From Planctomycetota bacterium (lineage in GTDB: Bacteria; Planctomycetota; UBA1135; UBA2386): a stretch of DNA of 64,000 nt. The notes under the pieces are model-generated. The model searched no databases and was not told the origin of the DNA. It saw only the letters and a program-made list of their open reading frames with translations. The stretch spans positions 64 through 64,063 of the forward strand of contig JAGQRB010000534.1 in NCBI GenBank assembly GCA_020425925.1, in the 5' to 3' direction. The stretch's first letter is position 1. Every line of letters starts with the position of its first letter. Below are positions 52,287 to 61,577 of the stretch, piece after piece. A program made the position numbers and the translations under genes.

Positions 52287-53344
52287 TTCTTGTCCTCCTT
52301 GGCGGCGAGCACCATGTCCCCTTCCTTGATCTTGGTGCCGCGCTTCCAGGTCAGCCGGATGGTCTCGCCGGCGCCGTAGCGCGCGAGCACCTCGCCGAAC
52401 TCCTTGCAGCTCCGGATCGAGTAGTCGTCGATGCGCACGACGAGATCGTCGGGCCGCAGACCGAGCTCGGCCGCGGGCGAACCCTTGACGACGCGATCGA
52501 CGTAGGCCGGCGGCGACTGCCGCCCGGCGGTGTCGAACAGCACGATGCCGGTCCACGGCGGCGTCTTGTCGCTCCTCACCACGACCGGCGCCTTGCCGAG
52601 GATGTGGTCCTCGAGATACGGCAGCAGGTCGCGCACCGGGATCGCCGCCGACAGCATGGTGTTGGTCTCCTTGCTGTCGAGCAGCCGCATGTTGAGCCCG
52701 ATCCAGCGGCCGTCGAGCGTGAACAGCGCACCGCCGTAGTGGCCCGGGTTGTTGCACGCGTCGGTCAGGATCAGGTCGCCGTCGTACTCGACGTCCTGCA
52801 CGCGGTAGCGCAGCGCGGTGTTGGCGCGGCCGACGACGACGCCGAACGTCGCGCTGAGCTTCTCGGAGAACTCCGCGAGCCGGAAGCAGTTGCCGACCGA
52901 GACCACGAACTGGCCGGTGCGGAAGTGCGCGCCGGCCTCGTCCGGTGGCCAGAGCGGCACGAGTTTGCCGGCGACCAGCGACGGATCGATCTTCAGCAAC
53001 CGGACGTTGAGCTTGGGGTCGTCGGGCAGCAGCTTGGCCTGATGCACCGAGCCGTCGTAGAGCACGACCCGCGTGCGGTCCTTCTGCAGCAGGATCTGGT
53101 CGATCGTCAGGATGTGGCCCTGATCGCTGACCAGGATGCCGGTGGCGTAGCTCGTGATGCCTCGCAGGCCCGAGGCGCCGTGGATCTTGACCAGGCTCGG
53201 CATCACGCGGTCGACGATGCGTTCGACCGCCGTCTTCGGCTCGCGCTCCTCGAACGAGTAGGCCTTGCCGAAGTCTTCGGTCTGCGCGCGTAGCACCGTG
53301 CCGAGCGCGAGCGCCGGCAACAGCAGTGTGACGGCGCGCATCAC
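52283..53344 (-). CDS. Trypsin-fold (S1C/HtrA-like) + PDZ protein with triad H->Q, D->N, S->Y (pseudoprotease)
   Basis: GTG 53344 / ATG 53341 overlap the upstream stop. HILTIDQIL (Q for His), KLNVRLLKI (N for Asp), NNPGHYGGAL (Y for Ser). PDZ GSPAAELGLRPDDLVVRIDD. Confidence 0.7.
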   Translation of the reverse strand: MMRAVTLLLPALALGTVLRAQTEDFGKAYSFEEREPKTAVERIVDRVMPSLVKIHGASGLRGITSYATGILVSDQGHILTIDQILLQKDRTRVVLYDGSVHQAKLLPDDPKLNVRLLKIDPSLVAGKLVPLWPPDEAGAHFRTGQFVVSVGNCFRLAEFSEKLSATFGVVVGRANTALRYRVQDVEYDGDLILTDACNNPGHYGGALFTLDGRWIGLNMRLLDSKETNTMLSAAIPVRDLLPYLEDHILGKAPVVVRSDKTPPWTGIVLFDTAGRQSPPAYVDRVVKGSPAAELGLRPDDLVVRIDDYSIRSCKEFGEVLARYGAGETIRLTWKRGTKIKEGDMVLAAKEDKK

Positions 53345-55137
53345 TGCGGCCTCCGGAACCAGCCCTCGTCGAACTCGACGTCGCCACGCGCCGTGATGCG
53401 CCAGTCCTGGTGCGGCTCGCCGTCGACGACGACGAACAATCGATCGCCGTGCACGTGGTACTCGACGCGCGCCTTGCGCAGCGGATCACGGAACGCACAG
53501 CCGAGCGGCTCACCGTCGATCGTCAGCCAGGCCTCGCAGTCGCCCTCGCCCGGCAGCCGGTAGCGGAAGCCCGGCGTGCCGAGCACGTGCACGCCGCCGA
53601 ACAGCTCGGCGTCGGCGAGCCGCGCCGGCAGCTGCGCCGGCGGCCACAGCAGCGGATTGCAGCGCAGCTCGCGTTCGAGGCGGGCGAGCTCCTCGGTGGT
53701 CAGCTCGCGGGCGGCGCCGTTCTCGACCGCGAAGCCGCCGGCCGCGTCGGTGCCGGCGAGCACGAGCGCCAGCGGGCCGAGCTCGAGCCGCAGCCGGGCG
53801 CCGTCGCTGCGGGCGCGCGTCGCGGTGCCGTCGCCGTCGACGATGTCCCATTGCTCCGCGCGCGCATCGCCGGTCCGCGTGATACGACGCAGCAGCGTCG
53901 TCGCGCCGAGCCGCCGATCGAGCCGGCAGGCGAGCCGCGCGTCCTCGCCGTAGCCGTCCTTGCTCGATCCGGTGTCGAGCACGGCCATCTTGACCAGCGT
54001 GCGCCGCTCCTTGCCGAAGCCGTCGCCGACCGTCGGGCGGTAGCCGACCGTGACCCAGGTGAACGCCGGCAGCACGCCGATCAACGTCGCGAGCTGGTTG
54101 GCCGAACGCACCTCGGTGCCGTTGAACCAGGTGATCTCGTCGCCGATCGACACGCCGGCCGCGGCGATCACCGCGTCGCTGTAGATCTGCTGGACGTAGA
54201 CGCCGCGCCGGCGCTCGTCGCCGATGCCCGAGTTCATGAACCAGGCGCTCATGTCGAGCGTGCCGTGCTCGGCGTGGCGCCCGGCCATCAGATCGCCGAG
54301 GAAGTTGACGATCTGGTTGCTCGCGATCGCGAAGCCGACGCCGACATTGACGCGGCCGCGATCACCGATCGAGATGCGGCCGTTGATGCCGACGATCTGC
54401 CCGGACTCGTTGAACAGCGGTCCGCCCGAGTTGCCGGGGTTCACCGGCGCATCGACCTGGATGCAGTCGGGGTAGACCAGCAGGCGCTGACCCTGACCCG
54501 ACTGGTAGCGGTGCGTGCCCGAGACGATGCCGAAGGTCACCGTCGGCGTGAAGTCGGTTGCGAGCAGGAACGGGTTGCCCATCGCGAACACCGTCTCACC
54601 GACGAGCAGCCGATCGCTGTCGCCGAAGTCGCACCACGGCCAGGTCTGCCCGGGCTCCTTCGGCACCAGCCGCAGCACCGCGAGGTCGCTGCCCGGATCG
54701 ATGCCGAGCACGATGCCCTCGTAGAGCCGGCCGTCGGGCATGCCGACCTTCTTCGGCTTGTAGAGGTCCGTGCCGGTCGGCCAGTGCTCGTCGCGCCAAT
54801 CGTCCTTCCAGGCCTTCAGGAACTTCTTCTGCGCGGCCTCGTCAGCGCCGGGGTGCTCGGCGAGCCAGCGTTCGAGCAGTTCGGCCGGCGGGTCGGGCGG
54901 ATCCGGCAGGTCGTAGTCGTCGTCGGGTTTGCCGACGACGTGGTAGTTGGTCAGCACGAAGCCGGCCGGGTCGAACACGACGCCGCTGCCGCCGCCGGGC
55001 GAATCCATCGACATCACCGAACAGACCGCCGCAGCGCACCGGTCGATCGTCGCGACGCGGCGCTCCTGACTCGCGAGGACGGCCTGCAGATCCGGATCCT
55101 GCAGGCCACAGATCAGGGCGGCGAGGGCGAGCATCAT
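53341..55137 (-). CDS. HtrA/DegP-like serine protease (intact triad) + PDZ + unassigned ~200-aa C-terminal domain
   Basis: ATG 55137. GSGVVFDPAGFVLTNYHVVG (His), GSDLAVLRL (Asp), NPGNSGGPLFN (Ser). A ~55-aa acidic/Pro insert lies between His and Asp. PDZ AAAGVSIGDEITWFNG. Confidence 0.8.
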   Translation of the reverse strand: MMLALAALICGLQDPDLQAVLASQERRVATIDRCAAAVCSVMSMDSPGGGSGVVFDPAGFVLTNYHVVGKPDDDYDLPDPPDPPAELLERWLAEHPGADEAAQKKFLKAWKDDWRDEHWPTGTDLYKPKKVGMPDGRLYEGIVLGIDPGSDLAVLRLVPKEPGQTWPWCDFGDSDRLLVGETVFAMGNPFLLATDFTPTVTFGIVSGTHRYQSGQGQRLLVYPDCIQVDAPVNPGNSGGPLFNESGQIVGINGRISIGDRGRVNVGVGFAIASNQIVNFLGDLMAGRHAEHGTLDMSAWFMNSGIGDERRRGVYVQQIYSDAVIAAAGVSIGDEITWFNGTEVRSANQLATLIGVLPAFTWVTVGYRPTVGDGFGKERRTLVKMAVLDTGSSKDGYGEDARLACRLDRRLGATTLLRRITRTGDARAEQWDIVDGDGTATRARSDGARLRLELGPLALVLAGTDAAGGFAVENGAARELTTEELARLERELRCNPLLWPPAQLPARLADAELFGGVHVLGTPGFRYRLPGEGDCEAWLTIDGEPLGCAFRDPLRKARVEYHVHGDRLFVVVDGEPHQDWRITARGDVEFDEGWFRRPQ

Positions 55138-55148
55138 GGCGGGTCGGG

Positions 55149-56375
55149 TCAGTTGCGGCGCAGCACACGCGCGTTCGCGAACACGCAGAAGTCGCCGAGG
55201 TCGAAGTTCTGGCCGAAGTCGCACTCGATCGCGAGCCGCTGGCAGCCGGCGATCTCGACGTGCACCGGCTCGGGTTCCCGGCCGAGCGTCATCGGCGTCG
55301 ACTCGTAGACCGGCTTGCCGTCGGCGTAGACCCGGAACACCGCGTTGGCCTGCGGTCCGCCGCGGTCGTCGATCCCGATCAGCGCCTCGAACGCGTCGTA
55401 GCCGCCGCCGAGATCGTAGGTCAGCCGCGTGCGCGGGATCATGCCGATCCCGCGTGTGAAGGACTTGCCGCCGAGCTCGAAGCCGGGGCCGGCGATCGAG
55501 CGGTCGGCGGTCCACGGCCAGACGCGATCGAACGCGGCGGTCTGCTCGGCCGCAGGTTGGAGATCGGACAGCCAGCACAGCCGCTCGCTCTCGACCGCGA
55601 GCCGCAAGATCCGCCGGCTCGGCACCGTGAGCTCGCAGCCTTCGTCGAGCCGCAGCCGCAGCTCGCCGTCGAGCCCGAGCAGACGCCCGGCCAGCCGATC
55701 GCCCGAATCGAACTCGACCACCGTGCGCGGCGGCGACTGCGGGTCGGCGGCGAAGCCGGTGTTCTTGCCGAAGACGGCGCCGAGCACGCCGGCGAGCGCG
55801 AAGTCGTAGGGCTCGCCGCGCAGCTGGAAGTCGATGCTATCCGCCGAGAACCCGGTGATCGCGACCTGGAAGCGGTGCTGCTTGCCGTCCTTCTGGACGA
55901 AGATCAGGTCGTCGTTGGCCGGCGGATCGCGCCTGTCGCCGGCGAACGACGGCGGCATGTCGCCGCGGTTCGGGCCGGCGTGGCGGAACGCCTGCACCAT
56001 CGTCAGCGGCAGCTCGAGCAGCGCGCCGAGCCGCAGCTCGATCTGCAGACGCGCGGGCTTGCCGTCGCCGGCCGGCAGGCCACGCAGCGCGGTGGCCGCG
56101 AGCTCCGCACCCGAGCGGAGCCAGACGCGATGCGGCGCCTCGACCTCGACCGGCGCCGAGCCGACGGCGTCGAACGACGCGATCTCGTCGAGCCCGAGCC
56201 GGACCTCGCCGTCGGCCGCGCGCACGGCGGCGACGTTGTCGCCGTCGACCGTGAACGTGCCGTTCAGCGTGCGGCCGTCGATCGTCGCGACCGTGCCGAT
56301 CGGTCCCGCGGCCTGCGCCGTCAGCGCGGCGCCGACCACCAGGACGGCTGCCGCCGCCGCGAACGCGCCACGCAT
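55149..56375 (-). CDS. Secreted protein with C-terminal NPCBM/NEW2 domain
   Basis: ATG 56375. Signal peptide MRGAFAAAAAVLVVGAALTAQA. C-terminal FTRGIGMIPRTRLTYDLGGGYDAFEALIGIDD...AVFRVYADGKPVYES is typical of NPCBM. Confidence 0.7.
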   Translation of the reverse strand: MRGAFAAAAAVLVVGAALTAQAAGPIGTVATIDGRTLNGTFTVDGDNVAAVRAADGEVRLGLDEIASFDAVGSAPVEVEAPHRVWLRSGAELAATALRGLPAGDGKPARLQIELRLGALLELPLTMVQAFRHAGPNRGDMPPSFAGDRRDPPANDDLIFVQKDGKQHRFQVAITGFSADSIDFQLRGEPYDFALAGVLGAVFGKNTGFAADPQSPPRTVVEFDSGDRLAGRLLGLDGELRLRLDEGCELTVPSRRILRLAVESERLCWLSDLQPAAEQTAAFDRVWPWTADRSIAGPGFELGGKSFTRGIGMIPRTRLTYDLGGGYDAFEALIGIDDRGGPQANAVFRVYADGKPVYESTPMTLGREPEPVHVEIAGCQRLAIECDFGQNFDLGDFCVFANARVLRRN

Positions 56376-56383
56376 CGCCGATC

Positions 56384-57418
56384 TCACCGGCGGCCGGAGC
56401 TCGTGCCGAGCTTCTTGTAGTACTGCTCGAGCATCTTGCGGTACTGCGGCGGCAGGCTGTTCTGCACCTCGGCCTCGATCTTCTCGCGGTCGTGGTCCTT
56501 CATGTCGCCCCAGCGGTCGGCGAGCGACGGCCGCGGGTTGAGCTGACCGACCGAGCCGTCGCCCTCGGGCAGCGCACTCTGCGTCGCCGGGTTGCTCGAA
56601 GGACCGTTGCCCGACGGCGGGCCGCCGGCCTGACGCTCCATCTCCTCGAACATCTCGATGAGCTGCTGCAGCTCCTCGACGTACTTCTCCTGCTCGATCT
56701 GCACCGGCTTCGTGGTGCGCTTCTTCTTGAGGTCGCGCCGCGTCTTCTTCATGCGATCGGCGAGGTCGTGCAGCTGGCTGTCCTGCTGACGTTCGAGCTC
56801 GAGGATCTGCTGATGCGCCGCCGAACGGAAGCGTTCGCTGGCCGCCGGGAACCACTGCAGGAACGCCTTGAACCGCGGGATCGCAAGGCTCGGGTACGGC
56901 ATCTCGGCGAGCGCCTGCGGGTAGTAGAACGCGGCCTCGCTGTCGAGCGGCGAGTGGTTGATGTCCTCGTGGATGTAGTCGCCGAGCACCTCGATCGCCG
57001 ACTCGGGGTCGTCGCTGTCGAGGAAGACCTCGCCGAGGTGGTAGCGCACGTGCGCGCGCAGCAGCGGCTGGGTCGCGCCGGCGAGCACCTTGGTGAACGC
57101 CAGCGCCGCCGACGGGTCGGTCGCCTCGTGCAGCTTCACGGCGGCGTCGAACTCCGGCACCGCGGCGCGGACCAGCATGTCGGCCGCGGTCGCGAGGCCG
57201 TACTCGTCGATGTTGGCGCCGAACGCCTCGAGCTGCTCGGCGGTCGCGCCGAGCGCCTTGGCCTCGGCCTCGAACTGCGCCCGATCGAACGGCTTGAACG
57301 GGTTGACCTGGATCGGCGGCGCCGCCTCCTGGCCAGAGCCCTCGCCCTGGGCGAACGCCGGGACCGCGATGGCCGCGAGCGCGACCACCGCGAGCAGCGG
57401 GGACGCGAGGCGGGTCAC
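56384..57418 (-). CDS. Secreted helical (TPR-like) protein with a charged coiled-coil C-terminal half
   Basis: GTG 57418 overlaps the upstream stop (GTGA). Signal peptide LASPLLAVVALAAIAVPAFAQ. Ends ...LPPQYRKMLEQYYKKLGTSSGRR. No family assigned. Confidence 0.55.
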   Translation of the reverse strand: MTRLASPLLAVVALAAIAVPAFAQGEGSGQEAAPPIQVNPFKPFDRAQFEAEAKALGATAEQLEAFGANIDEYGLATAADMLVRAAVPEFDAAVKLHEATDPSAALAFTKVLAGATQPLLRAHVRYHLGEVFLDSDDPESAIEVLGDYIHEDINHSPLDSEAAFYYPQALAEMPYPSLAIPRFKAFLQWFPAASERFRSAAHQQILELERQQDSQLHDLADRMKKTRRDLKKKRTTKPVQIEQEKYVEELQQLIEMFEEMERQAGGPPSGNGPSSNPATQSALPEGDGSVGQLNPRPSLADRWGDMKDHDREKIEAEVQNSLPPQYRKMLEQYYKKLGTSSGRR

Positions 57419-57633
57419 TTGCCCTCCTCGGCGTGGTTCTCCTTGTTGAGCTTGGTCGCGAGTTTGCGCATCAACTCCTGGACGCGGCCCTGCTTGCCCG
57501 ACAACACGTCGGCCTGGGCGGCGCCATCGGCGTTGTTCTTGGCTTCCTCGGGCTTCTCGTCGAAGGCCTTCGTCGCCTTGTTCACGCGTTCCTGCAGGTA
57601 CTTCAGCATCTTGAGCTCTGCCGACACGGGCAC
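57415..57633 (-). CDS. Small (64-72 aa) highly charged hypothetical protein
   Basis: GTG 57633 or ATG 57609. KYLQERVNKATKAFDEKPEEAKNN...RVQELMRKLATKLNKENHAEEGK. The stop overlaps the next gene start. Its position in a tightly packed operon supports that it is real. Confidence 0.45.
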   Translation of the reverse strand: MPVSAELKMLKYLQERVNKATKAFDEKPEEAKNNADGAAQADVLSGKQGRVQELMRKLATKLNKENHAEEGK

Positions 57634-57663
57634 GAGCGGCGGTTGCCCGCCTCCGGTACCCGT

Positions 57664-59310
57664 TCAACACCCGCCTTCTTTGCGTTCGACGGTTCGTCGC
57701 AGGGCGTTGATCAGCAGCTCGAGGGTGTCCTCGACCTCCTTCTGCTTCTCCTGCACCGTCGGATCGGTGCGGTGCTCGCGGCAGAGGCCGGCGACCTCGT
57801 GCAGCTGCTCCTGCAGCCCCTCGACGATCTCGGGGAAGACCGCGGTCGTGCCCTCCTCCTCGAGCAGCTTGAGCGCGTCCGAGGCCTCGACCTCGAGGTC
57901 GCCCTCGCCGGTCGCGACGCCGCCGATCTGCTCGGCCAGCGACGCCGGCAGCGAGCCGTCGGCGGTCAGCACGTTCTTGCGGGTCTCGTCGAGCTTCGCG
58001 GTCGCGATCGTGAGCTCGCGCTGGATCGCGAGCATCTCGGTGAAGCGCTCCTCGAGCGCGCGCAGGACCTCGTCCTGGAGCTGCTGGCGCAGCTGCGCGA
58101 GCGCCTCCTCGAGCTCCTTGCTGGCGGCTTCGAGGTTCTCCTTGGCGTCCTGCTGGTCCTGCTTCGCGGGCTTGAACTCCTTGAGCGTGCCGGCGGCGGA
58201 GCGCTGCTTCGGCACCGCCTGCTGCACACGCTTCTTGCCCGGCGTCGGCTGACCCTTCTCGCCGTTCTCGCCCTCCTCGGCCTGCTCCATGTCCTTCGAC
58301 AGGGTGTCGGTGGCGTGCTTGGTCTTCTCCTGGCGCTTGGCCATGTCCTCGAACGGCAGCTTGAGCAGCTCGCGGCGGGCCTCGTCGATCATGTCGTCGA
58401 GCTCCTCGACGGTCTGCTCGAGGTTCTCGATCGCGTGGTCCTGGTCCTTGAGCGACGGCTCGGGCTGGTTGTCGCCGAGCTTCTGGCCGGCCTTGCCCAT
58501 CGCCCCGGCCGCCTGCTTGGCGGCACCGCTCGGCCCGCCCTTGCCCGGCTCGGCCGGCTGCGGCTGCTCGCCATCGGCCTTCTTGGCCTCGGCATCGAGA
58601 CGCTCCTTCTGGGCCTCGAGCTGGGCCAGGTCCTCGGCCAGCTTGGCGGTGTCGTCCTGGAGCTGGGCTTCCTTGTCGGCGAGCGGCTTGGTCGCCTGCG
58701 CGGCCGCCTGCATGCCGAGCTCGTTGGTCGTCCCGCGCACGGCCTTCTGCTGCTGCAGCAGCGCCTGCGCCTCGGTGCGCTTCTGCTCGGCGTCCTTGAT
58801 GAGCTTCTGCAGCGCTTCGGCGCGCGCCGAGTCCTCCTTCTCGTCGGCCTGCTCCTGCGCGAGCTGGTCGACGCGATCCTTGAACTTCTCGAGCTGCGCG
58901 ATGCGCTCGAGCAGCTCGCGCAGGTCGTCGTTGCGGTTCTGCAGGATCTCGGCGAGCCGCACCAGCTTGTCGCGCAGCGCCGCGATCTCGGCCAGGGTCT
59001 CGTCGTCCCAGCGCTCCTGCTCGATCCGTTGCCGCACCAGCGCCATGTGCTCGTGGATCTTGGCCTCCTGCACGTACTGCGTGCCGGCCATCAGGATGCC
59101 CGCGTCGGTGGCGGCGTTGGCGTCGGCGTCGTTCTTCTGCAGAACGAGCATCAGCCCCTGCATCCGCTCGGTGAGGTCGCGGAACTTCGTCCGCGCCAGC
59201 TCCTGTTTGCTGACGGTCGGCGCCGGATCCTGGGCGACGGCCCGCGGGCCGATCGGGACCAGCGCCGCGAACAGGAGCGTTGCCGCGATGGCAATGCCGC
59301 GATGCATCAT
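57664..59310 (-). CDS. Secreted 548-aa coiled-coil protein (Glu/Lys/Gln/Ala-rich)
   Basis: ATG 59310. Signal peptide MMHRGIAIAATLLFAALVPIGPRAVAQ. Long heptad-like stretches (LRELLERIAQLEKFKDRVDQLAQEQADEKE...). The ORF-track start at 60087 is an extension. Confidence 0.6.
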   Translation of the reverse strand: MMHRGIAIAATLLFAALVPIGPRAVAQDPAPTVSKQELARTKFRDLTERMQGLMLVLQKNDADANAATDAGILMAGTQYVQEAKIHEHMALVRQRIEQERWDDETLAEIAALRDKLVRLAEILQNRNDDLRELLERIAQLEKFKDRVDQLAQEQADEKEDSARAEALQKLIKDAEQKRTEAQALLQQQKAVRGTTNELGMQAAAQATKPLADKEAQLQDDTAKLAEDLAQLEAQKERLDAEAKKADGEQPQPAEPGKGGPSGAAKQAAGAMGKAGQKLGDNQPEPSLKDQDHAIENLEQTVEELDDMIDEARRELLKLPFEDMAKRQEKTKHATDTLSKDMEQAEEGENGEKGQPTPGKKRVQQAVPKQRSAAGTLKEFKPAKQDQQDAKENLEAASKELEEALAQLRQQLQDEVLRALEERFTEMLAIQRELTIATAKLDETRKNVLTADGSLPASLAEQIGGVATGEGDLEVEASDALKLLEEEGTTAVFPEIVEGLQEQLHEVAGLCREHRTDPTVQEKQKEVEDTLELLINALRRTVERKEGGC

Positions 59311-59318
59311 GGGGTCAC

Positions 59319-61577
59319 CTATCTCTTCTTGTCGTTCGGTTTGTCGGTCTTCGGACCGCCGAGCACGCTCTGCTCGGACGCCCGCGCCTTGTCTTCGACT
59401 TCCTGCTTCACCGATTCCTCTATCTTTATCACGACCCGGAGCTGCTCCAGGATCGCGGCGAGGGTCTCGGCCTGTCTCATTTCTTTGAACACCGCCAGCA
59501 GGCGCTGTTCGATATCGACGTAACCAGCAATTGTCTGGTCGCTTATGTCTTTCGACCGGACGCCGGCGAAGGTGTCGACCAACCGCCCCGTCGCCGGGAA
59601 AGCCTCCTTGCCAACGGCCTCTAGCGGCACCGGGATCAGCGCCTCGATCTCCCGGACCTTGCGGGGCTCGATCAGGCGATTGTTCTCGTACTCCCAGAGG
59701 ATGCGCTGGTAGGACTCGGCGATGAACGCGGCGCGCCGACCGAGGGCGACCTGCTGCCGCGCCAGGGTCTTCAGCCGCGCCACCACGAGACGTTCGCGAT
59801 CGCCGATCGCGTTCTGCAGCACGGTGTCGACGATCTCGCGCAGCTCGAGCAGACCGGCCTGGTGCTCGAGGATCACCTTCTCGAGCTCCTGGCGCTGTTC
59901 CACCTGGCGCCGCCGCAGATCCTCCTGCAGCCGCTCGCGCGTCACGACGCGGAACGTCAGCGTCTCGCCGTAGCCGTGGTGCGGCTCGCCGGGCCCGAAG
60001 TTGTCGGTCGCGCCGAAGCGCAGCGCCACCTGCATGCCGGGCCGGATGCGGTTCTTCTCGCTGTTCTCGTCCGGGTCCGGATTCCACTGCCGCAGGTCGA
60101 CGGCGGTCTCGGTCTCGTAGCGCAGCGCGTTGGTCGCGATCGGATCGTCGTAGGTCGCGGCGGCGTTCTCGAACGGCACCTCGGGCGGCGGCTCGTCGCT
60201 GCCCTGCGGCCGCTCCTCGACCGTGTCGCTGGTGATGCGCACCGCGGCGTCGATCGCGCGCAGGCCGTAGTCGTCCTTGACCTTGAGCGTGCCCGGGATG
60301 CGCGCGTGACTCGCGATCAGCGCGCCGATTCCGCGCAGCCGCAGGTCGACCTTCGGCGCGAGATCTTCGCCGATGCGCAGCAGCAGCTTCGGCGGCGAAC
60401 CGGCACCGAGCCGGTCGGTGTCGATGACGTCGACGACCAGCAGACCGGAGTTCGGCGGCACCAGCGTGCCGGCGAACGAGTGGCCGTCGGCATCGAGCGC
60501 CAGCGGTTGCTTCTCGTCGTTGCCGAACAGCAGGAACGCCTCGGTCAGCGGCTTGTGGCTGCGACCGGCGAGCCGCAGCGTCGAGCCGCGCGGCAGTCGC
60601 ACGTCGCCCTCGGTCGCCGGCACCAGCTCGGGCTCGCGCTCCATGTAGGACGGGTAGTCGATCGTGATCGCGAGGTCCTCGATGCGCGGGCGCTCGACGA
60701 TCGTGACCCGCAGCTCGACGGGCTCGGCGTCGCCGCCCTCGGCCGTCAGCACGACGTCCTCGAGCACGGCGTCGAGCGTCAGCGTGAACTCGCCGTCGCC
60801 GGTCGCGCTCATCGGCTCGACCCCGGATTCACCGCCGGCGAACACGTAGTTCAGGAACACCTGCTCGGGCAGCTCGCCGTCGGCGGCGACCCGCACGGTC
60901 AGCGCATCGCCCTGCGGCAGTCGCACCGCGTCGCCGGCGTCGGCGAACGCGAGGCGGGTGTAGCGCGGCCAGTCGACGTTCGAAAGCAGCAGGTTGCGGC
61001 GCGCCCAGATCCCGAGCGAGCCGGCGTCGGTGATCGACCAGCCGACGAAGAAACCGACCGCGAGCAGGATGCCACCGAGGTACTTGCGCACCCGCGGCGA
61101 GTCGATCGCGTTGCCGAACGGAATCGCGTCGAGGCGCGACGAGGTGTCGGCGACGACCGCGGCCATCAGCTCGCGCGACTCGGCGTGCGTCGCGCCGCCG
61201 CCGCCGGCACCGGCGAGCTGCCGATCGAACTGCAGCGAGCTGATCAGCGCCTGCCGCGTCCCCGGCGCACGGCGCTCGACCGCGAGCGCCATCTCGTCGT
61301 CGTCGAGCGTCACCGCCAGCGGCACGAACAACCGCCGGCGCAGCATCCGGATCACGACGAACGCGAACGTCAGGAGCAGCACGAGGCGGAACGCGAACTC
61401 GAGCCGCAGGAACCGGTCGGTCAGCAGCGTCGGGACCGCGTAGGCCACCAGCAGCAGCCCGAGCAGTCCGAACGCCTCGATCCAGATGCCGCGGCGCACG
61501 CGACCGCGCAGGCCGTCGAACTTCTGCCGGGCCGTGCCGAGGGACGCGGGCGGAGCCGTTGTTGCGGTCGAGGTCAT
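59319..61577 (-). CDS. Polytopic membrane protein of the Bat-operon neighbourhood (DUF4175-like N-terminus)
   Basis: ATG 61577 overlaps the upstream stop (ATGA). TM helices GIWIEAFGLLGLLLVAYAV, FAFRLVLLLTFAFVVIRML, YLGGILLAVGFFVGWSI. Large soluble domain. Lys-rich tail GGPKTDKPNDKKR. Confidence 0.6.
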   Translation of the reverse strand: MTSTATTAPPASLGTARQKFDGLRGRVRRGIWIEAFGLLGLLLVAYAVPTLLTDRFLRLEFAFRLVLLLTFAFVVIRMLRRRLFVPLAVTLDDDEMALAVERRAPGTRQALISSLQFDRQLAGAGGGGATHAESRELMAAVVADTSSRLDAIPFGNAIDSPRVRKYLGGILLAVGFFVGWSITDAGSLGIWARRNLLLSNVDWPRYTRLAFADAGDAVRLPQGDALTVRVAADGELPEQVFLNYVFAGGESGVEPMSATGDGEFTLTLDAVLEDVVLTAEGGDAEPVELRVTIVERPRIEDLAITIDYPSYMEREPELVPATEGDVRLPRGSTLRLAGRSHKPLTEAFLLFGNDEKQPLALDADGHSFAGTLVPPNSGLLVVDVIDTDRLGAGSPPKLLLRIGEDLAPKVDLRLRGIGALIASHARIPGTLKVKDDYGLRAIDAAVRITSDTVEERPQGSDEPPPEVPFENAAATYDDPIATNALRYETETAVDLRQWNPDPDENSEKNRIRPGMQVALRFGATDNFGPGEPHHGYGETLTFRVVTRERLQEDLRRRQVEQRQELEKVILEHQAGLLELREIVDTVLQNAIGDRERLVVARLKTLARQQVALGRRAAFIAESYQRILWEYENNRLIEPRKVREIEALIPVPLEAVGKEAFPATGRLVDTFAGVRSKDISDQTIAGYVDIEQRLLAVFKEMRQAETLAAILEQLRVVIKIEESVKQEVEDKARASEQSVLGGPKTDKPNDKKR

